From the NCBI GenBank assembly GCA_038870455.1, contig JAWCPB010000001.1, positions 21,449 through 85,448 of the forward strand: a stretch of 64,000 bases of DNA, given 5' to 3'. The notes under the pieces were generated by a model that was not told the DNA's origin, made no database searches, and was given only the letters and a program-made list of their open reading frames with translations. Below, in pieces: positions 18,106-28,429 of the stretch (positions within the stretch are counted from its first letter, which is position 1; each line of letters begins with the position of its first letter). The stretch is from Candidatus Micrarchaeia archaeon. GTDB lineage: Archaea; Micrarchaeota; Micrarchaeia; Burarchaeales; JACRGF01. The position numbers and the translations under genes are program-made.

Positions 18106-20262
18106 GTGCGCAAGAGGTTTGTGGAAGGCGCGAGACGACCCATCTTCTCCAAGTGCGAGGTAGCCGCCGCGCTTTGGAACGTGCTGCGCAACCGCGGGAT
18201 AGAGAGGCTCTACAAGCACCAGGCCCAAGGCATTCGCCTCATCCGGCGAGGCAGAAACGTCGTCGTCACGGCTCCCACGGCGAGCGGCAAGAGCGAGATC
18301 TGCCTCATCCCAGTCATGGAAGCCGCCCTCCAGGGCAAGCGCTCGCTCCTCCTGTTTCCCACGAAAGCGCTGTCGCGCGACCAGCTCGCCCGCCTCAGGG
18401 AATTCTCCATTCTCGGCATCCGCTCCGACGTGTATGATGGCGACACGCCGCCGCACCACCGCGAAAAAATCCGCGCCGACTTCCCCCACATCATCGTCTC
18501 GAACATTGACATGCTCCATCACATGCTGATGAACTCGCGTCTCTTCAACCCCTTATGGAAATCGCTCAAGTTTGTTGTCATCGACGAAGTCCATTACTAC
18601 TCTGGCGCGCTGGGCGCGCACGCCGCAAACATTCTCCGGAGGCTCAAGCGCGCGTTGTCTCGCTTCAAAGCAAAGCCGCAGTTCATCTGCCTTTCCGCAA
18701 CAGTCGGCAACGCCAAGCACTTCGCCGAGTCCCTGGCAGGCGAGCCCTTCTCGCTCGTTGACGCGCGTTTTGCCTCCCGCTCTCCGCTCGAGCACCTCAT
18801 CATCGTTCCCGAAGAGCGCTCTTACACAACCGAAGCGGTTGGCCTCGCTGAAGAACTCCTCTCTAAACGCCACTGCCGCAAGCTTCTCCTGTTCGCGAAC
18901 TCGCACGCTGTTGTGGAGAGGGTTGGGCTCATGGCGAGAGAAAAGGGCCTTTTCCTGAAAGCATATAGGGCCGGCCTCGAGAGGGAAGCGCGCCGCCGCC
19001 TCGAGCAGGAGTTCAAGACAGGCAATCTCAACGCGCTGGCCGCCACTTCCGCTCTCGAATTGGGAATGGACATCGGCGCTGTCGATGCGGTCATCCTCGC
19101 CGGTTTTCCGGGCAGCATCACGCGCGTGCGCCAGCGCATCGGCAGAGCGGGCAGGAAAGGCCAGAAGGCGGTTGCTGCCTACATCGCGAGGGCAAACCCG
19201 CTTGATGTGTATTACGCCGAGCACCCAAAGGAATACCTGCACGGCGAGCCTGAAAACTGTTTCGTGAATGTCGAGAACGAGCACATCCTCAAGCCCCACC
19301 TGCTGGCGGCCGCAAGGGACCACCCACTTTCCGAGGAGGAACTCCCCCTTTTCGGCGAGCCTGCTCCCCGCCTCTTCGCCGAACTCAAGCGCGAGGGCCT
19401 ACTCAAAGAATGGGCGGGCGGCTGGATTCCGACCAAGGAGGGCCTGCGCCTGCTGCGCGCGCTCTCCATCCGCGGCGCAAGTGAGGCCATCCGCATTTAC
19501 GATGTCAGCGCGCAGAAGTTCATCGGTGAAAGGGAAGAAGCGATGGCGCTCGGCGAGCTTTTCCCCGGCGCGATATACCTTCACGGAGGCGAGAAGTTCG
19601 AAAGCGAGCGGCTCGACCTTGATAAAAAGATCGCTTTCGTGCGCCTCATGCGCACCCCGACCACCGAATACACGACGGCCCTGCGCGAACGCCATGCCGA
19701 AATACTCGAGACGCGCAGGCAGCGCCCCGCTCTCGGCTGTAATCTTTTCTTCGGCCGCGTGCACATCACTGACGAAGTGTATGGCTATGTCGTGCGCGAT
19801 TTCTTTCGCGAAGACGTCGCCCGCAAGCACCTTCTGCAAACCCCTCTGCGCCACGAGTTTGACACGCTCGCGCTGTGGGTCGATCTGCCTGAGAAAATTG
19901 TTTTCTCCACCGATAACTTTGGCGACGGCCTTCACGGCGTGGAACACGTGGCCATCGCCATGGCTCCCGCGCTGACAGGGGCTGACCCCGGCGAGCTCGG
20001 AGGCATTTCCTACCCCAGCGGCCGCATGTTCGTTTATGAGGGCTATGAAGGCGGTGTGGGCGCCACGGAAATATTTTTCGACAAGTTCGAGAAAATCCTT
20101 CGCATGGGAGCCGCCCGCCTCTTCTCCTGCCGGTGCAAGAGCGGATGCCCGGCGTGCGTGCTCGACCCTCTGTGCGGCAACAACAACCAGCACCTAGACA
20201 AGGCGGCGGCTAGAGAGATACTGCACAAAATTTTCGGCGAGAGAGGCCACGGCCAGACTTAA
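18106..20262 (+). CDS. DEAD/DEAH-box helicase with C-terminal DUF1998 Cys cluster (Hrq1/MrfA/YprA family)
   Basis: LYKHQ, APTASGKS, DEVH, SAT, QRIGRAGR, C-terminal CRCKSGCPACVLDPLCGNNN. Confidence 0.92.
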   Translation: MRKRFVEGARRPIFSKCEVAAALWNVLRNRGIERLYKHQAQGIRLIRRGRNVVVTAPTASGKSEICLIPVMEAALQGKRSLLLFPTKALSRDQLARLREFSILGIRSDVYDGDTPPHHREKIRADFPHIIVSNIDMLHHMLMNSRLFNPLWKSLKFVVIDEVHYYSGALGAHAANILRRLKRALSRFKAKPQFICLSATVGNAKHFAESLAGEPFSLVDARFASRSPLEHLIIVPEERSYTTEAVGLAEELLSKRHCRKLLLFANSHAVVERVGLMAREKGLFLKAYRAGLEREARRRLEQEFKTGNLNALAATSALELGMDIGAVDAVILAGFPGSITRVRQRIGRAGRKGQKAVAAYIARANPLDVYYAEHPKEYLHGEPENCFVNVENEHILKPHLLAAARDHPLSEEELPLFGEPAPRLFAELKREGLLKEWAGGWIPTKEGLRLLRALSIRGASEAIRIYDVSAQKFIGEREEAMALGELFPGAIYLHGGEKFESERLDLDKKIAFVRLMRTPTTEYTTALRERHAEILETRRQRPALGCNLFFGRVHITDEVYGYVVRDFFREDVARKHLLQTPLRHEFDTLALWVDLPEKIVFSTDNFGDGLHGVEHVAIAMAPALTGADPGELGGISYPSGRMFVYEGYEGGVGATEIFFDKFEKILRMGAARLFSCRCKSGCPACVLDPLCGNNNQHLDKAAAREILHKIFGERGHGQT

Positions 20263-21002
20263 CTCGCTGCGGCAGCGCAGTTCTGCTGGCACTGAGCCTG
20301 CTGGTCCGCTGGCAGCAGCGCGCACGCGCTCAAGCACTGCTGCAGAAGACCCTCGCCCGGCGGCTGGCTCTCAGGCGGCGGCTGTGGCGGCATCAGCCCG
20401 CCCAACAGATCCGCATAGCTGCAAACGCTTCCGGGCGTTGCAAACTTTTCATCGCCGAATACATCGGGATTGCACTGGAAGTTCGTTGGAGGAATGCTCT
20501 CAAGCTCGCTGGCGCTTGCCGCCTCAGCCCCTCCGGCTGGCGGCTGCGCGGCCTCCTGTGGTGTCATTCTCAGCCAATCGCAGTTTTTTCCCATCGCCGC
20601 GAACGCCTGCTTCATCTGCGCGCCGACCTGCAGGTACGTCTCGCCGCCCCTCACCACCGTGATAATGGGCTCAGTCATTTCGGGCGGTCTCGTCTCAGTC
20701 CTGAAGTTGCTTCCCCGCAGCCACAGGTTTGTTGTGATGGACCGGCCGCCCTCTGTCGTTGTAACCGTGCATCTCACCGGCATCCCGAGCGCGACCAACT
20801 GCGCAAAACCCATCCCGAGAAGCGACTGCACCTCCGGTTGAGTGGGGACGCTCGGCGCGGGTTGGGCAGGCGTGGCGGGCTGTGCCGGCTGTGACGGCGT
20901 GGGCTGGCCAGGCCCCGAAACATTCTGCTGTGTCGGTGCGCCCTCACATCCTGCAAGAAGCAACATTCCGAAAACAACCAATGCGGCTACGTATTTCATC
21001 AA
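20259..21002 (-). CDS. hypothetical lipoprotein
   Basis: LLLAGC lipobox, Pro/Gln linker, paired cysteines. Confidence 0.75.
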   Translation of the reverse strand: MMKYVAALVVFGMLLLAGCEGAPTQQNVSGPGQPTPSQPAQPATPAQPAPSVPTQPEVQSLLGMGFAQLVALGMPVRCTVTTTEGGRSITTNLWLRGSNFRTETRPPEMTEPIITVVRGGETYLQVGAQMKQAFAAMGKNCDWLRMTPQEAAQPPAGGAEAASASELESIPPTNFQCNPDVFGDEKFATPGSVCSYADLLGGLMPPQPPPESQPPGEGLLQQCLSACALLPADQQAQCQQNCAAAAS

Positions 21003-21060
21003 CGCACCCCCTTAACTCTTTTTCATCCATGTTTTTAAGCGTAGCGCACAAACTTTCCAC

Positions 21061-21720
21061 ATGGCAAACAATCATCCAAGCCTGAGGTTCATTGAAGACG
21101 TTCTCCTCGCTTCGTTCGGCGTGGCCATCGCTGCGCGCGGGCTCGCTGAACTCTATTATACTCTTTTCAGAACATTCGCCCTAGCGAACGACTCTATCCG
21201 CATCAGCGAAGCGCTTGGCTGGCTGCTCCCGCCCGCAGGCCTGGCCGCCGCCCACATCAGCGTAGGTGTTGCGGCCGCAGTCATCGCCGCTAGGACAGGG
21301 AAATTCGAGGAAACCTCGTCGCTCGTCACGTCGGCCTTCGTGGCGCGCTTCTGGCCCATCCCGGTTCTTGCGGCCGTGGGGGCAGTCGTATCGCTTATTC
21401 TCGGCATTATTGCCAGGGCGTTCGTCGCCCTCCCGCCCGGCTCTAGGCCAGAGACCTTCCTACTGCCCGCCGCCCTGCTGATCACCGGCGGGCTCGGGTG
21501 CATGGCCGGAACTTACTTCGGAGTTTATTTCGAGGCCAAGCCGGATGAAGCCAGGAGGCACAGGTGGTTTGCCATCCCGTACGCGCTCGTGGGAGGATTG
21601 GGCGCAGGCCTCGTGCTCGCCAGCCTGGAGCTGGAATCCGCCCCCCTGCTCCTCTCCGGCTCCCTGCTCCTTGGCCTCTTCCTCCGCTACGCCTTTCTCA
21701 ACTACCTGCACGGGAAATGA
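21061..21720 (+). CDS. hypothetical multi-pass membrane protein
   Basis: About 6 hydrophobic segments. Confidence 0.7.
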   Translation: MANNHPSLRFIEDVLLASFGVAIAARGLAELYYTLFRTFALANDSIRISEALGWLLPPAGLAAAHISVGVAAAVIAARTGKFEETSSLVTSAFVARFWPIPVLAAVGAVVSLILGIIARAFVALPPGSRPETFLLPAALLITGGLGCMAGTYFGVYFEAKPDEARRHRWFAIPYALVGGLGAGLVLASLELESAPLLLSGSLLLGLFLRYAFLNYLHGK

Positions 21721-22258
21721 GCGCAATCTTCCTGAAGTTCTCCTCCATCCTCCTTCTTATTTTCGGAAACCTCATCCCGGCCGCGGGATGAAAGGTGGCA
21801 AAAAATTTTCTCCCTTCTTTCTCGACAACCTTCCCTGCGACCTCCCCAAGTTTTTTCCCAAGCACATCGGCAACCGCCACTTCCCCTAATAATATAATCA
21901 GTCTCGGGTTCACGGCCTCGATTTGCGCCTTCAGGTAAGAGAGGCACGCGGCCAGCTCGTCAGCCCTCGGCTTCCTGTTCTTCGGCGGAAAGCACTTTAC
22001 TGCCGAAGTTATGAATACTCCGCTCCGCTCTATCCCCGCCTTTACCAGCAGTTTATCCAAAAACCTCCCAGCCATTCCCACGAAAGGCTTTCCGCTCTCG
22101 TCTTCTCTCCTGCCCGGCGCTTGTCCCACGAAAAAAAGTTTCGCACCCGCTGGCCCTTCCCCGGGCACGGCCTTTTTCCTTGACTTGGAGAGCCTGCACA
22201 AGGAACACGCCCGAATCTGCCTTGCCAGCTCCTCCAGCCTATTTTCAACCTGCTTCAC
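21698..22258 (-). CDS. uracil-DNA glycosylase family 4 (Fe-S type)
   Basis: CSLCRL, VGQAPG, GKPFVG, KCFPP.NRKP, TFHPAA. Confidence 0.93.
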   Translation of the reverse strand: MKQVENRLEELARQIRACSLCRLSKSRKKAVPGEGPAGAKLFFVGQAPGRREDESGKPFVGMAGRFLDKLLVKAGIERSGVFITSAVKCFPPKNRKPRADELAACLSYLKAQIEAVNPRLIILLGEVAVADVLGKKLGEVAGKVVEKEGRKFFATFHPAAGMRFPKIRRRMEENFRKIALISRAGS

Positions 22259-22698
22259 GCAACTCCACCATGTTTCAAAAAACTATTAGATTTTTCTAAT
22301 AATCTTTTTGCATTTTCAAAAGTAAGCTTCTCCAAAGCCTTTTTGAAAGGCAGCCACTCAAAACCAATATGCTCAAAAGAAAGCTTGACCTCCTTTTGTT
22401 TTGTCTCAGCGAGCTGGAAATAAACAGTCTTGGCAACCGTTTTTCCTTCTCTTCTAAAAAAATATTTGAGCTTCTCGCGAAAACCCGGAACAAATTCCAC
22501 ATCAGTTATTCCAGTTTCCTCCGCGATCTCCCTCCTCGCCGTCTCCTCTACGCTCTCGCCTTTTTCAATCTTCCCCTTTGGAAAATCCCAATGCCCTTCT
22601 TCATAATGCAGGATGAGGTAGAGGATCTGCCCACCTTCTCTCCTGAAGACAATCGCGCCTGAAGAAAACTCGAGCGGCACGTTGCTCTTTTGATTCAT
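22255..22698 (-). CDS. NUDIX hydrolase (Ap4A hydrolase-like)
   Basis: Nudix box WDFPKGKIEKGESVEETARREIAEETG, LSFEH. Confidence 0.93.
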   Translation of the reverse strand: MNQKSNVPLEFSSGAIVFRREGGQILYLILHYEEGHWDFPKGKIEKGESVEETARREIAEETGITDVEFVPGFREKLKYFFRREGKTVAKTVYFQLAETKQKEVKLSFEHIGFEWLPFKKALEKLTFENAKRLLEKSNSFLKHGGVA

Positions 22699-22853
22699 AA
22701 CTTTTAAATTCCTGGATGTCCGCGCTGACAGAAAGTTAGGAAGCTTTTAACACCACTTCAGTAAACTCATTATCAAGTCTGGTTTTTTCAAAACTTCTTA
22801 TGGTTCACTGCTACAGTGTTAAGCGGGTTTTATGGCACGTGGAAGCACGCTTA

Positions 22854-24104
22854 TCAGGTGTTTGAGCTTAAAGATGGGCAATGTCCTTTAATTAGTTTAC
22901 TGATACGGTATTCCCAGGCACATTCAATAAAACGAGCTATAATTATTGCGGAGTTTTGAATGGCCCGTGGAACGAGTACGTTTGCCTGCTTAAAGCATTC
23001 CTCATCGCTTAATTTTCCAATTTTATTTTGATACGGATCAGTGCCGGGCACATCAACGCTCCTGAACTCTTGCGTCTCTCTTGCCATATTGTCAACAAAA
23101 TCAGCGAGTTTTTCCATAGCATTCTCCCAAGTCCAGCTGGGGTTCTCTTTCGGCGGTTCTAGGGGACCGCTATCCCAAATAGTTATGTTCATTTTTCCCC
23201 TTCCGCGCCTAATATCAGGATAATCCCTCTTCTTTAGCCATTGCTCGAGCGAATCGAGTTTTCCAAAAAATACCGTTGGACCATGAACATCATTGTGCAC
23301 ATGGGCGGGCACGTGGAGATCGGCTATAAGATGGAGGATGTGGCCGAGCACGCAAAAGGCCTCTGACTTTTCGCCATTCGCATACAGTTCCATCCCCCAA
23401 TGCCAGAAAATTTTTATCCTGTCAAGCGCGCTCTGGAATCTGATTTCTCCATTTTGAATGTTCAGTCCCCTGTCTCCCTCGGCGCGCATAGGATCGTAGA
23501 AGTGACCCATGTACGGTCTGTTGATGGGATCGGCTTCAATCGCCTCACCTACCATTTTCTTCCATAATTTAGCAATACCCATAAAAATTCCTTGAAGCGG
23601 GCCGATCTTCTGGTTCAAATAGCGCTGAGCAAATTCTCTACCACTTTTGAAAGGCTCAGATGGTGCCTTAACAAACAGATCCTCAAGCTTCTCACCGGGT
23701 CTGAAAATGTAGTCCTCTGCCAGCGCACCCACCATTATCTGCCAGGTGTGCTCAATGGCTTCTGGCTTGCCACTCAGTTTGGCAGCGTGAAAGGCTATGT
23801 ACTCGTGGCAGGCTCCGTCAGCATGGCGAAGTTTTGCCACTTCCCGCTGAGCCGCGAAAATGTTGTATGGAGGAATTTCCTGCCATTTCGCAATCTTTCT
23901 GCTCAATCCATCTGGCAGTGGGCCCGTGCTAAATTTCAACACTGAAGTGAGAGGTCGGCTTTCAACCTCAACAAGGGGAAGGCATTTTGCAAATGCGTGC
24001 GCTGGCTGAAGGGAAGGTGGAAAGAGTCTATCAAAAACTTGGTTAATCTTTCCAACAAAGTTTTCGAATTTTCTATTTACTTTCTGTTTGGCCTCCCCCC
24101 TCAT
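22854..24104 (-). CDS. putative zinc-dependent phospholipase C / P1-nuclease-fold protein
   Basis: CHEYIA, GALAED, GHFYDP, LGHILHLIADLHVPAHVHND, LEQW. ATG 24104 preferred over 24140. Confidence 0.65.
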   Translation of the reverse strand: MRGEAKQKVNRKFENFVGKINQVFDRLFPPSLQPAHAFAKCLPLVEVESRPLTSVLKFSTGPLPDGLSRKIAKWQEIPPYNIFAAQREVAKLRHADGACHEYIAFHAAKLSGKPEAIEHTWQIMVGALAEDYIFRPGEKLEDLFVKAPSEPFKSGREFAQRYLNQKIGPLQGIFMGIAKLWKKMVGEAIEADPINRPYMGHFYDPMRAEGDRGLNIQNGEIRFQSALDRIKIFWHWGMELYANGEKSEAFCVLGHILHLIADLHVPAHVHNDVHGPTVFFGKLDSLEQWLKKRDYPDIRRGRGKMNITIWDSGPLEPPKENPSWTWENAMEKLADFVDNMARETQEFRSVDVPGTDPYQNKIGKLSDEECFKQANVLVPRAIQNSAIIIARFIECAWEYRISKLIKGHCPSLSSNT

Positions 24105-24155
24105 GAAATTATTTTTCTCGCCAGAGTATTTAAAGGACATCCATGATTATAGTGC

Positions 24156-24722
24156 ATGAAGAACTTGCTCATAGTGCTGGCCGTGCTTCCGCTCGCCGGC
24201 GCTTCCGTGAGCGATGTGAAATTTTCGTTCATTGACAGCAGTGGAAACAAGGTTGATTTTTACCCGGCTGGTTATTCTGGAAAAGTTTCGGTCAGGGCTG
24301 AAATCAGCGACGCGGCGTATCCCGAGTGGGTGGCTGGCGAGGTGAGATATACCTTAAGGTGCGAACTCATTGACCAGAATGGAACCAGGCTCAGGCTTCC
24401 GGAGGCGATGATTGGATGCATTGCCATCAGCGGGCCCGGTGTGTTGAAAAACTGCAGGAAGGAAGTCTCTTTCGAATTCAGGGCCGAATACGTGAAAGGC
24501 GGGAGCGTGGAATGCTTTCTTGACGAGCAAAAGGCTTTTTCGAGCACTATCCCGTTTGCGCAGTTTGTCTCCCAGCCGCCCGTACAGCCTCCAGCACAGC
24601 CGGCCGTACAGCCTCCGGCTCAATATCAAACGCAGCAGGGACCGGTCTGCTGTGCTGGCATAGGCCTGCTACTCCTCGGGTTGTTTTTGCTTTGTTCCGG
24701 GGAGGTGGATTGTCCTTCCTAA
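24156..24722 (+). CDS. secreted protein with Pro/Gln linker and C-terminal Cys-Cys membrane anchor
   Basis: Signal peptide, PVQPPAQ repeats, VCCAGIGLLLLGLFLL. Confidence 0.7.
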   Translation: MKNLLIVLAVLPLAGASVSDVKFSFIDSSGNKVDFYPAGYSGKVSVRAEISDAAYPEWVAGEVRYTLRCELIDQNGTRLRLPEAMIGCIAISGPGVLKNCRKEVSFEFRAEYVKGGSVECFLDEQKAFSSTIPFAQFVSQPPVQPPAQPAVQPPAQYQTQQGPVCCAGIGLLLLGLFLLCSGEVDCPS

Positions 24723-26015
24723 AGCGTCCTCGACCGCCTCCTTGAAGGCTTCGGGGAGCGTGGGGTGCGCGTGAATCGTTGAAGCGACGTCCTCTGCTTT
24801 CGCTTTGAGTTTGATCGCCAATGCGGCTTCGGCGATGAGCTCGCTGGCGTGGGCGCCGACGATAAGCGCGCCGCACAACACGCTCTTTTTGATGAAGACT
24901 TTCACAAAACCCATTTTTTCACCTATGCATGCGGCCTTGCTGCTCGCTGCGAAAGGAAACCTCCCCACCAAAACGCCGGTTTTTTCCTCGGTTTTGCCGA
25001 CGCGCGCGATCTCGGGCTGGGTGAAAATGCAGGCAGGCAGCACGACCGAGTCAAAGGTTGTTTGCTCCCCCATGATGTTCTCCGCGGCGACTACTCCCTG
25101 TGCGCTGGCTTCGTGCGCGAGCCTTCCACCCGCGGCATCGCCAATGGCATAGATGTTTGGAATGTTTGTCTGCATGCGCGCGTTCGTTTTGATCCCCCGC
25201 CCGTCGAATGCCACACCAACCGCCCGCAAGCTCGCCTCGTCGATATCTGGCTTTCTGCCGATGGCCACGAGAATCTTCTCAGCCTCCACTTTCTCTCCGC
25301 CAGCAATGATCGTTTCTCCATCAATTTTCTCGACTCTTTTTCCCAACACAAAATGCACGCCCGCGCGCTTGAGGGAGTTGAAGAGAAGCTGGGAGGCTTC
25401 AGCGTCCTCGAAAGGGAGAATGCTGTCGGCCATCTCAATGACCGTCGTCTTCACGCCGAGCGCGCTGAACGCGCACGCGAACTCAACACCTTCAACTCCG
25501 CCGCCGATGACTGCGATGGACTCCGGCTTCTCGCTTAGGCTCCATATTGTTTCGCTCGAGAGAATGTTTCCGCCGAAGCGGGCGAAAGGAAGCTCGGTGG
25601 GCAGCGAGCCTGTTGCGATGACAATATTATTTGTTTGAAGCTGCCTGCCTGCGGCTGCGACAGTGTTTCTTGACTTGATAACGCCGGTTCCTTGAATTAT
25701 TTCGACGCCGTTGCTCTGGAGGAGGAGCTCTACGCCTTTCGAGAGGCTGGCCGCGATGGCACTCGCGCGCTTCATGGTTGCAGCAAAATCAACGGAGGCC
25801 GTTGCGTTGATGCCGAATGCCTTTGCCCTGCCTATTTTTTCGGCGAGCTCCGCCGATGCGAGCAGGGCTTTTGTGGGAATGCAGCCCGTGTTTGTGCAGG
25901 TTCCGCCCAGCTTCGCCCTTTCCACGAGCGCGACCTTTCCGCCGAGCTGTGCGGCGCGAATGGCGCAGACATACCCGCCCGGCCCTCCGCCGACCACGAC
26001 GGCGTCAAAAGGCAA
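24669..26015 (-). CDS. lpdA: dihydrolipoyl dehydrogenase (GCS L protein)
   Basis: GGGPGGY, GGTCTNTGCIPTK, HAHPTLPE. TTG 26015 after a GGTGAGG SD-like motif preferred (ORF track start 26045). Confidence 0.95.
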   Translation of the reverse strand: MPFDAVVVGGGPGGYVCAIRAAQLGGKVALVERAKLGGTCTNTGCIPTKALLASAELAEKIGRAKAFGINATASVDFAATMKRASAIAASLSKGVELLLQSNGVEIIQGTGVIKSRNTVAAAGRQLQTNNIVIATGSLPTELPFARFGGNILSSETIWSLSEKPESIAVIGGGVEGVEFACAFSALGVKTTVIEMADSILPFEDAEASQLLFNSLKRAGVHFVLGKRVEKIDGETIIAGGEKVEAEKILVAIGRKPDIDEASLRAVGVAFDGRGIKTNARMQTNIPNIYAIGDAAGGRLAHEASAQGVVAAENIMGEQTTFDSVVLPACIFTQPEIARVGKTEEKTGVLVGRFPFAASSKAACIGEKMGFVKVFIKKSVLCGALIVGAHASELIAEAALAIKLKAKAEDVASTIHAHPTLPEAFKEAVEDALGRTIHLPGTKQKQPEE

Positions 26016-26026
26016 GGCCTCACCTG

Positions 26027-26746
26027 TTAGACCCTGTTCAGCCACTCCTCCGTGGCGTATTTGGTCTCTGCCAGCTCAGCCGCCCTTTCAAGTTCTTCTT
26101 TCGTGGGCTTGCTGGGCTCGAGCTGCGCGCCGAAGTGCGAGGAGAAGCCCCTTTTCAGCGCTTCCGCGACTTCTCCGAATTCCCTGTCCAGGCCGGTCAC
26201 GCGCTCCTTCACGTTCTGGATGAGCTTGCCCCTCATCTTCTCATCGGGAACCTTGAGGAGGGAAAACATTTTCTCCACATCAACTTTCAGGAGAATCGTC
26301 CCGTGCTGGAGGAGAACTCCCTTTCTCCTCGTCTGTGCATTGCCGGAGAATTTCCTTCCGTTGCAGACCAGGTCGTTCAGGGGAACGAACTGGCCTTGAA
26401 CGCCGATGCCGGCCAAGCCTTTAAGGATGGCGTCGCACACAAGGCGATACGACGCGCGGATGTCAGCCGGATAGCTGCGGGTGATGAATGAGTAAGTGAG
26501 TTCTGCGTCGTGGAAAACCGCTCCCCCACCAGTAATCCTTCTGACGACATCGACTCCAAGTTCTTCGCACTTTGCCACATCAACCTCTTCGGAAAGCCTC
26601 TGGAAATAGCCTATGGAGACAGCGGGCGGGTTCCACGCGTAAAGGCGCAGCGAAGGAACGTCGCCCGCCTGTTCCATCATGGCCTCGTCAAGCGCCATGT
26701 TCCAGAAGGCGTCATGCGAGCCTGTTTCGAGGAGCCTGATTCTCAA
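26027..26746 (-). CDS. lplA: lipoate--protein ligase, catalytic subunit
   Basis: NMALDEA, RRITGGGAVFHD, NDLVCNGRKFSGNAQ, QHGT. TTG start after GGTGA. Confidence 0.92.
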   Translation of the reverse strand: MRIRLLETGSHDAFWNMALDEAMMEQAGDVPSLRLYAWNPPAVSIGYFQRLSEEVDVAKCEELGVDVVRRITGGGAVFHDAELTYSFITRSYPADIRASYRLVCDAILKGLAGIGVQGQFVPLNDLVCNGRKFSGNAQTRRKGVLLQHGTILLKVDVEKMFSLLKVPDEKMRGKLIQNVKERVTGLDREFGEVAEALKRGFSSHFGAQLEPSKPTKEELERAAELAETKYATEEWLNRV

Positions 26747-26750
26747 TGCA

Positions 26751-27023
26751 TCACCTGCAGGCGGCCAGCACGGCCTGCGCCAGCTGCGCCGCATCAAACC
26801 CATACGCTTCCACGCCCGGGCGCTGGAGAAAGGCCTCCGCCTTTTTCTTTATTTCCTCCTCGTTCACAGGCGTTCCCTCAAGCGCCTTCTCCAGCTCGGC
26901 GATGGCGTCCTCTGGGTAGAAAAAGAAGTCTCCAGTGATTTTAATGCGGCGAATGACCTCGTCGAACTCCACGAAAATCTTGAGGAGTTTGCCTGCCTTG
27001 AAAACGCCCTTTCCACTCCTCAT
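26751..27023 (-). CDS. lipoate--protein ligase C-terminal-domain subunit (LplB-like)
   Basis: [24 protein letters not shown]. Adjacent to lplA. Confidence 0.88.
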   Translation of the reverse strand: MRSGKGVFKAGKLLKIFVEFDEVIRRIKITGDFFFYPEDAIAELEKALEGTPVNEEEIKKKAEAFLQRPGVEAYGFDAAQLAQAVLAACR

Positions 27024-28429
27024 CCCACCTCACCCTGCCATCTGAGGTTCGGCTGTCTCGCCGCGAGCACGCCGTCAAGCCTCCCAACAGGCGTGGTCTG
27101 TGGAGCTTGCCTGAGCAGCTCCGGGTTTGATTCAGCCTCCTGCGCTATTTTAATCATCGCATCCGCGAACGCGTCGAGCGTTGCCCTGCTCTCGGTTTCG
27201 GTTGGCTCAATCATGAGCGCTTCTTTTACAATGAGCGGGAAATAGATTGTGGGCGCATGGAAGCCATAGTCGAGCAGCCTCTTCGCGATGTCCATGGTGT
27301 GAATTCCTTTCGCGGCCTGCTTTTCTCCCGAGAGCACAAACTCGTGGCAGCACACCCTGTCGAAAGGAGGCGCGTAGTGGTTCTTGAGTTTTTGCAGGAG
27401 GTAGTTTGCGTTTAGGATGGAGGCTTCGCCTGCTTCCTTCAGCCTCGGGCCCAGCGCGCGGATGTACGCGTATGCCCTGACCATCACGCCGAAGTTTCCC
27501 CAGAACGAGCGGACTTTGCCGATGGAGTCGGGCTTCCTGTAATCGAATGCGAATCTGTCGCCTTTCCTGACTATGCGGGGAACAGGCAGGTATTTTTCAA
27601 GCTCTGCTTTCACTCCGATGGGGCCCGAGCCCGGCCCTCCGCCTCCGTGCGGAGTGGAGAAGGTCTTGTGGAGATTGACGTGAATCAAGTCAAACCCCTG
27701 GTCGCCCGGCCTGGTAAGGCCGAGCATGGCATTGAGGTTCGCTCCGTCGCAGTAGAAGAGAGCGCCCGCCTCATGCAGGATGCGCGCGATTTCCGAAATG
27801 TTCTCGTCAAAGAGGCCGAGCGTGTTCGGGTTTGTCAGCATAAGCATGGCGGTGTCGCCGTCAACGATGCGTTTCAGCTCAGCGATGTCCACCCCACCCC
27901 TGGCATCGCTCTTCACGGTGACGACCGCGAACCCGCACGTGGCGGCCGAGGCCGGATTGGTGCCGTGCGCGCTGTCCGGCAGGATGACCTTGCTTCTTTT
28001 TCCATTGAAGTGCTTTTTCGCAATCATGCAGGCGGTGAGCTCGCCGTGCGCGCCCGCGGCCGGCTGAAGCGAGAATGCGTCCATGCCGGTGATTTCGCAG
28101 AGATAACGCTCGAGCTCCCACATCAACTCAAGCGCGCCCTGGACTGTTTCTTCAGGCGCGAGCGGGTGGAGGCCGGAAAAGCCGGGCAGGCGGCAGGCGT
28201 CTTCATTGATTTTGGGATTGTATTTCATCGTGCAGGAGCCGAGGGGATAGAAGCCCGAATCCACGCCGTAGTTTTTCTGCGAAAGAGCCAGGTAGTGGCG
28301 GATCACATCGACTTCGCCGGCCTCAGGCATGGGGAGCTTTTCCCGCAGGAGTTCCTTCGGCAGATCAACTTCGTCCGCTTCTGGAACGTGCTCGGCCGGC
28401 TTGCTCTTCAGTTCGAACAGGAGCTTCAT
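27020..28429 (-). CDS. gcvPB: glycine dehydrogenase (decarboxylating) subunit 2
   Basis: [43 protein letters not shown]. Confidence 0.96.
   Translation of the reverse strand: MKLLFELKSKPAEHVPEADEVDLPKELLREKLPMPEAGEVDVIRHYLALSQKNYGVDSGFYPLGSCTMKYNPKINEDACRLPGFSGLHPLAPEETVQGALELMWELERYLCEITGMDAFSLQPAAGAHGELTACMIAKKHFNGKRSKVILPDSAHGTNPASAATCGFAVVTVKSDARGGVDIAELKRIVDGDTAMLMLTNPNTLGLFDENISEIARILHEAGALFYCDGANLNAMLGLTRPGDQGFDLIHVNLHKTFSTPHGGGGPGSGPIGVKAELEKYLPVPRIVRKGDRFAFDYRKPDSIGKVRSFWGNFGVMVRAYAYIRALGPRLKEAGEASILNANYLLQKLKNHYAPPFDRVCCHEFVLSGEKQAAKGIHTMDIAKRLLDYGFHAPTIYFPLIVKEALMIEPTETESRATLDAFADAMIKIAQEAESNPELLRQAPQTTPVGRLDGVLAARQPNLRWQGEVG

Noticed and set aside
24573-24621. Tandem cagccgcccgtacagcctcc-like repeat
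   Set aside because: It simply encodes the Pro/Gln linker of a surface protein.
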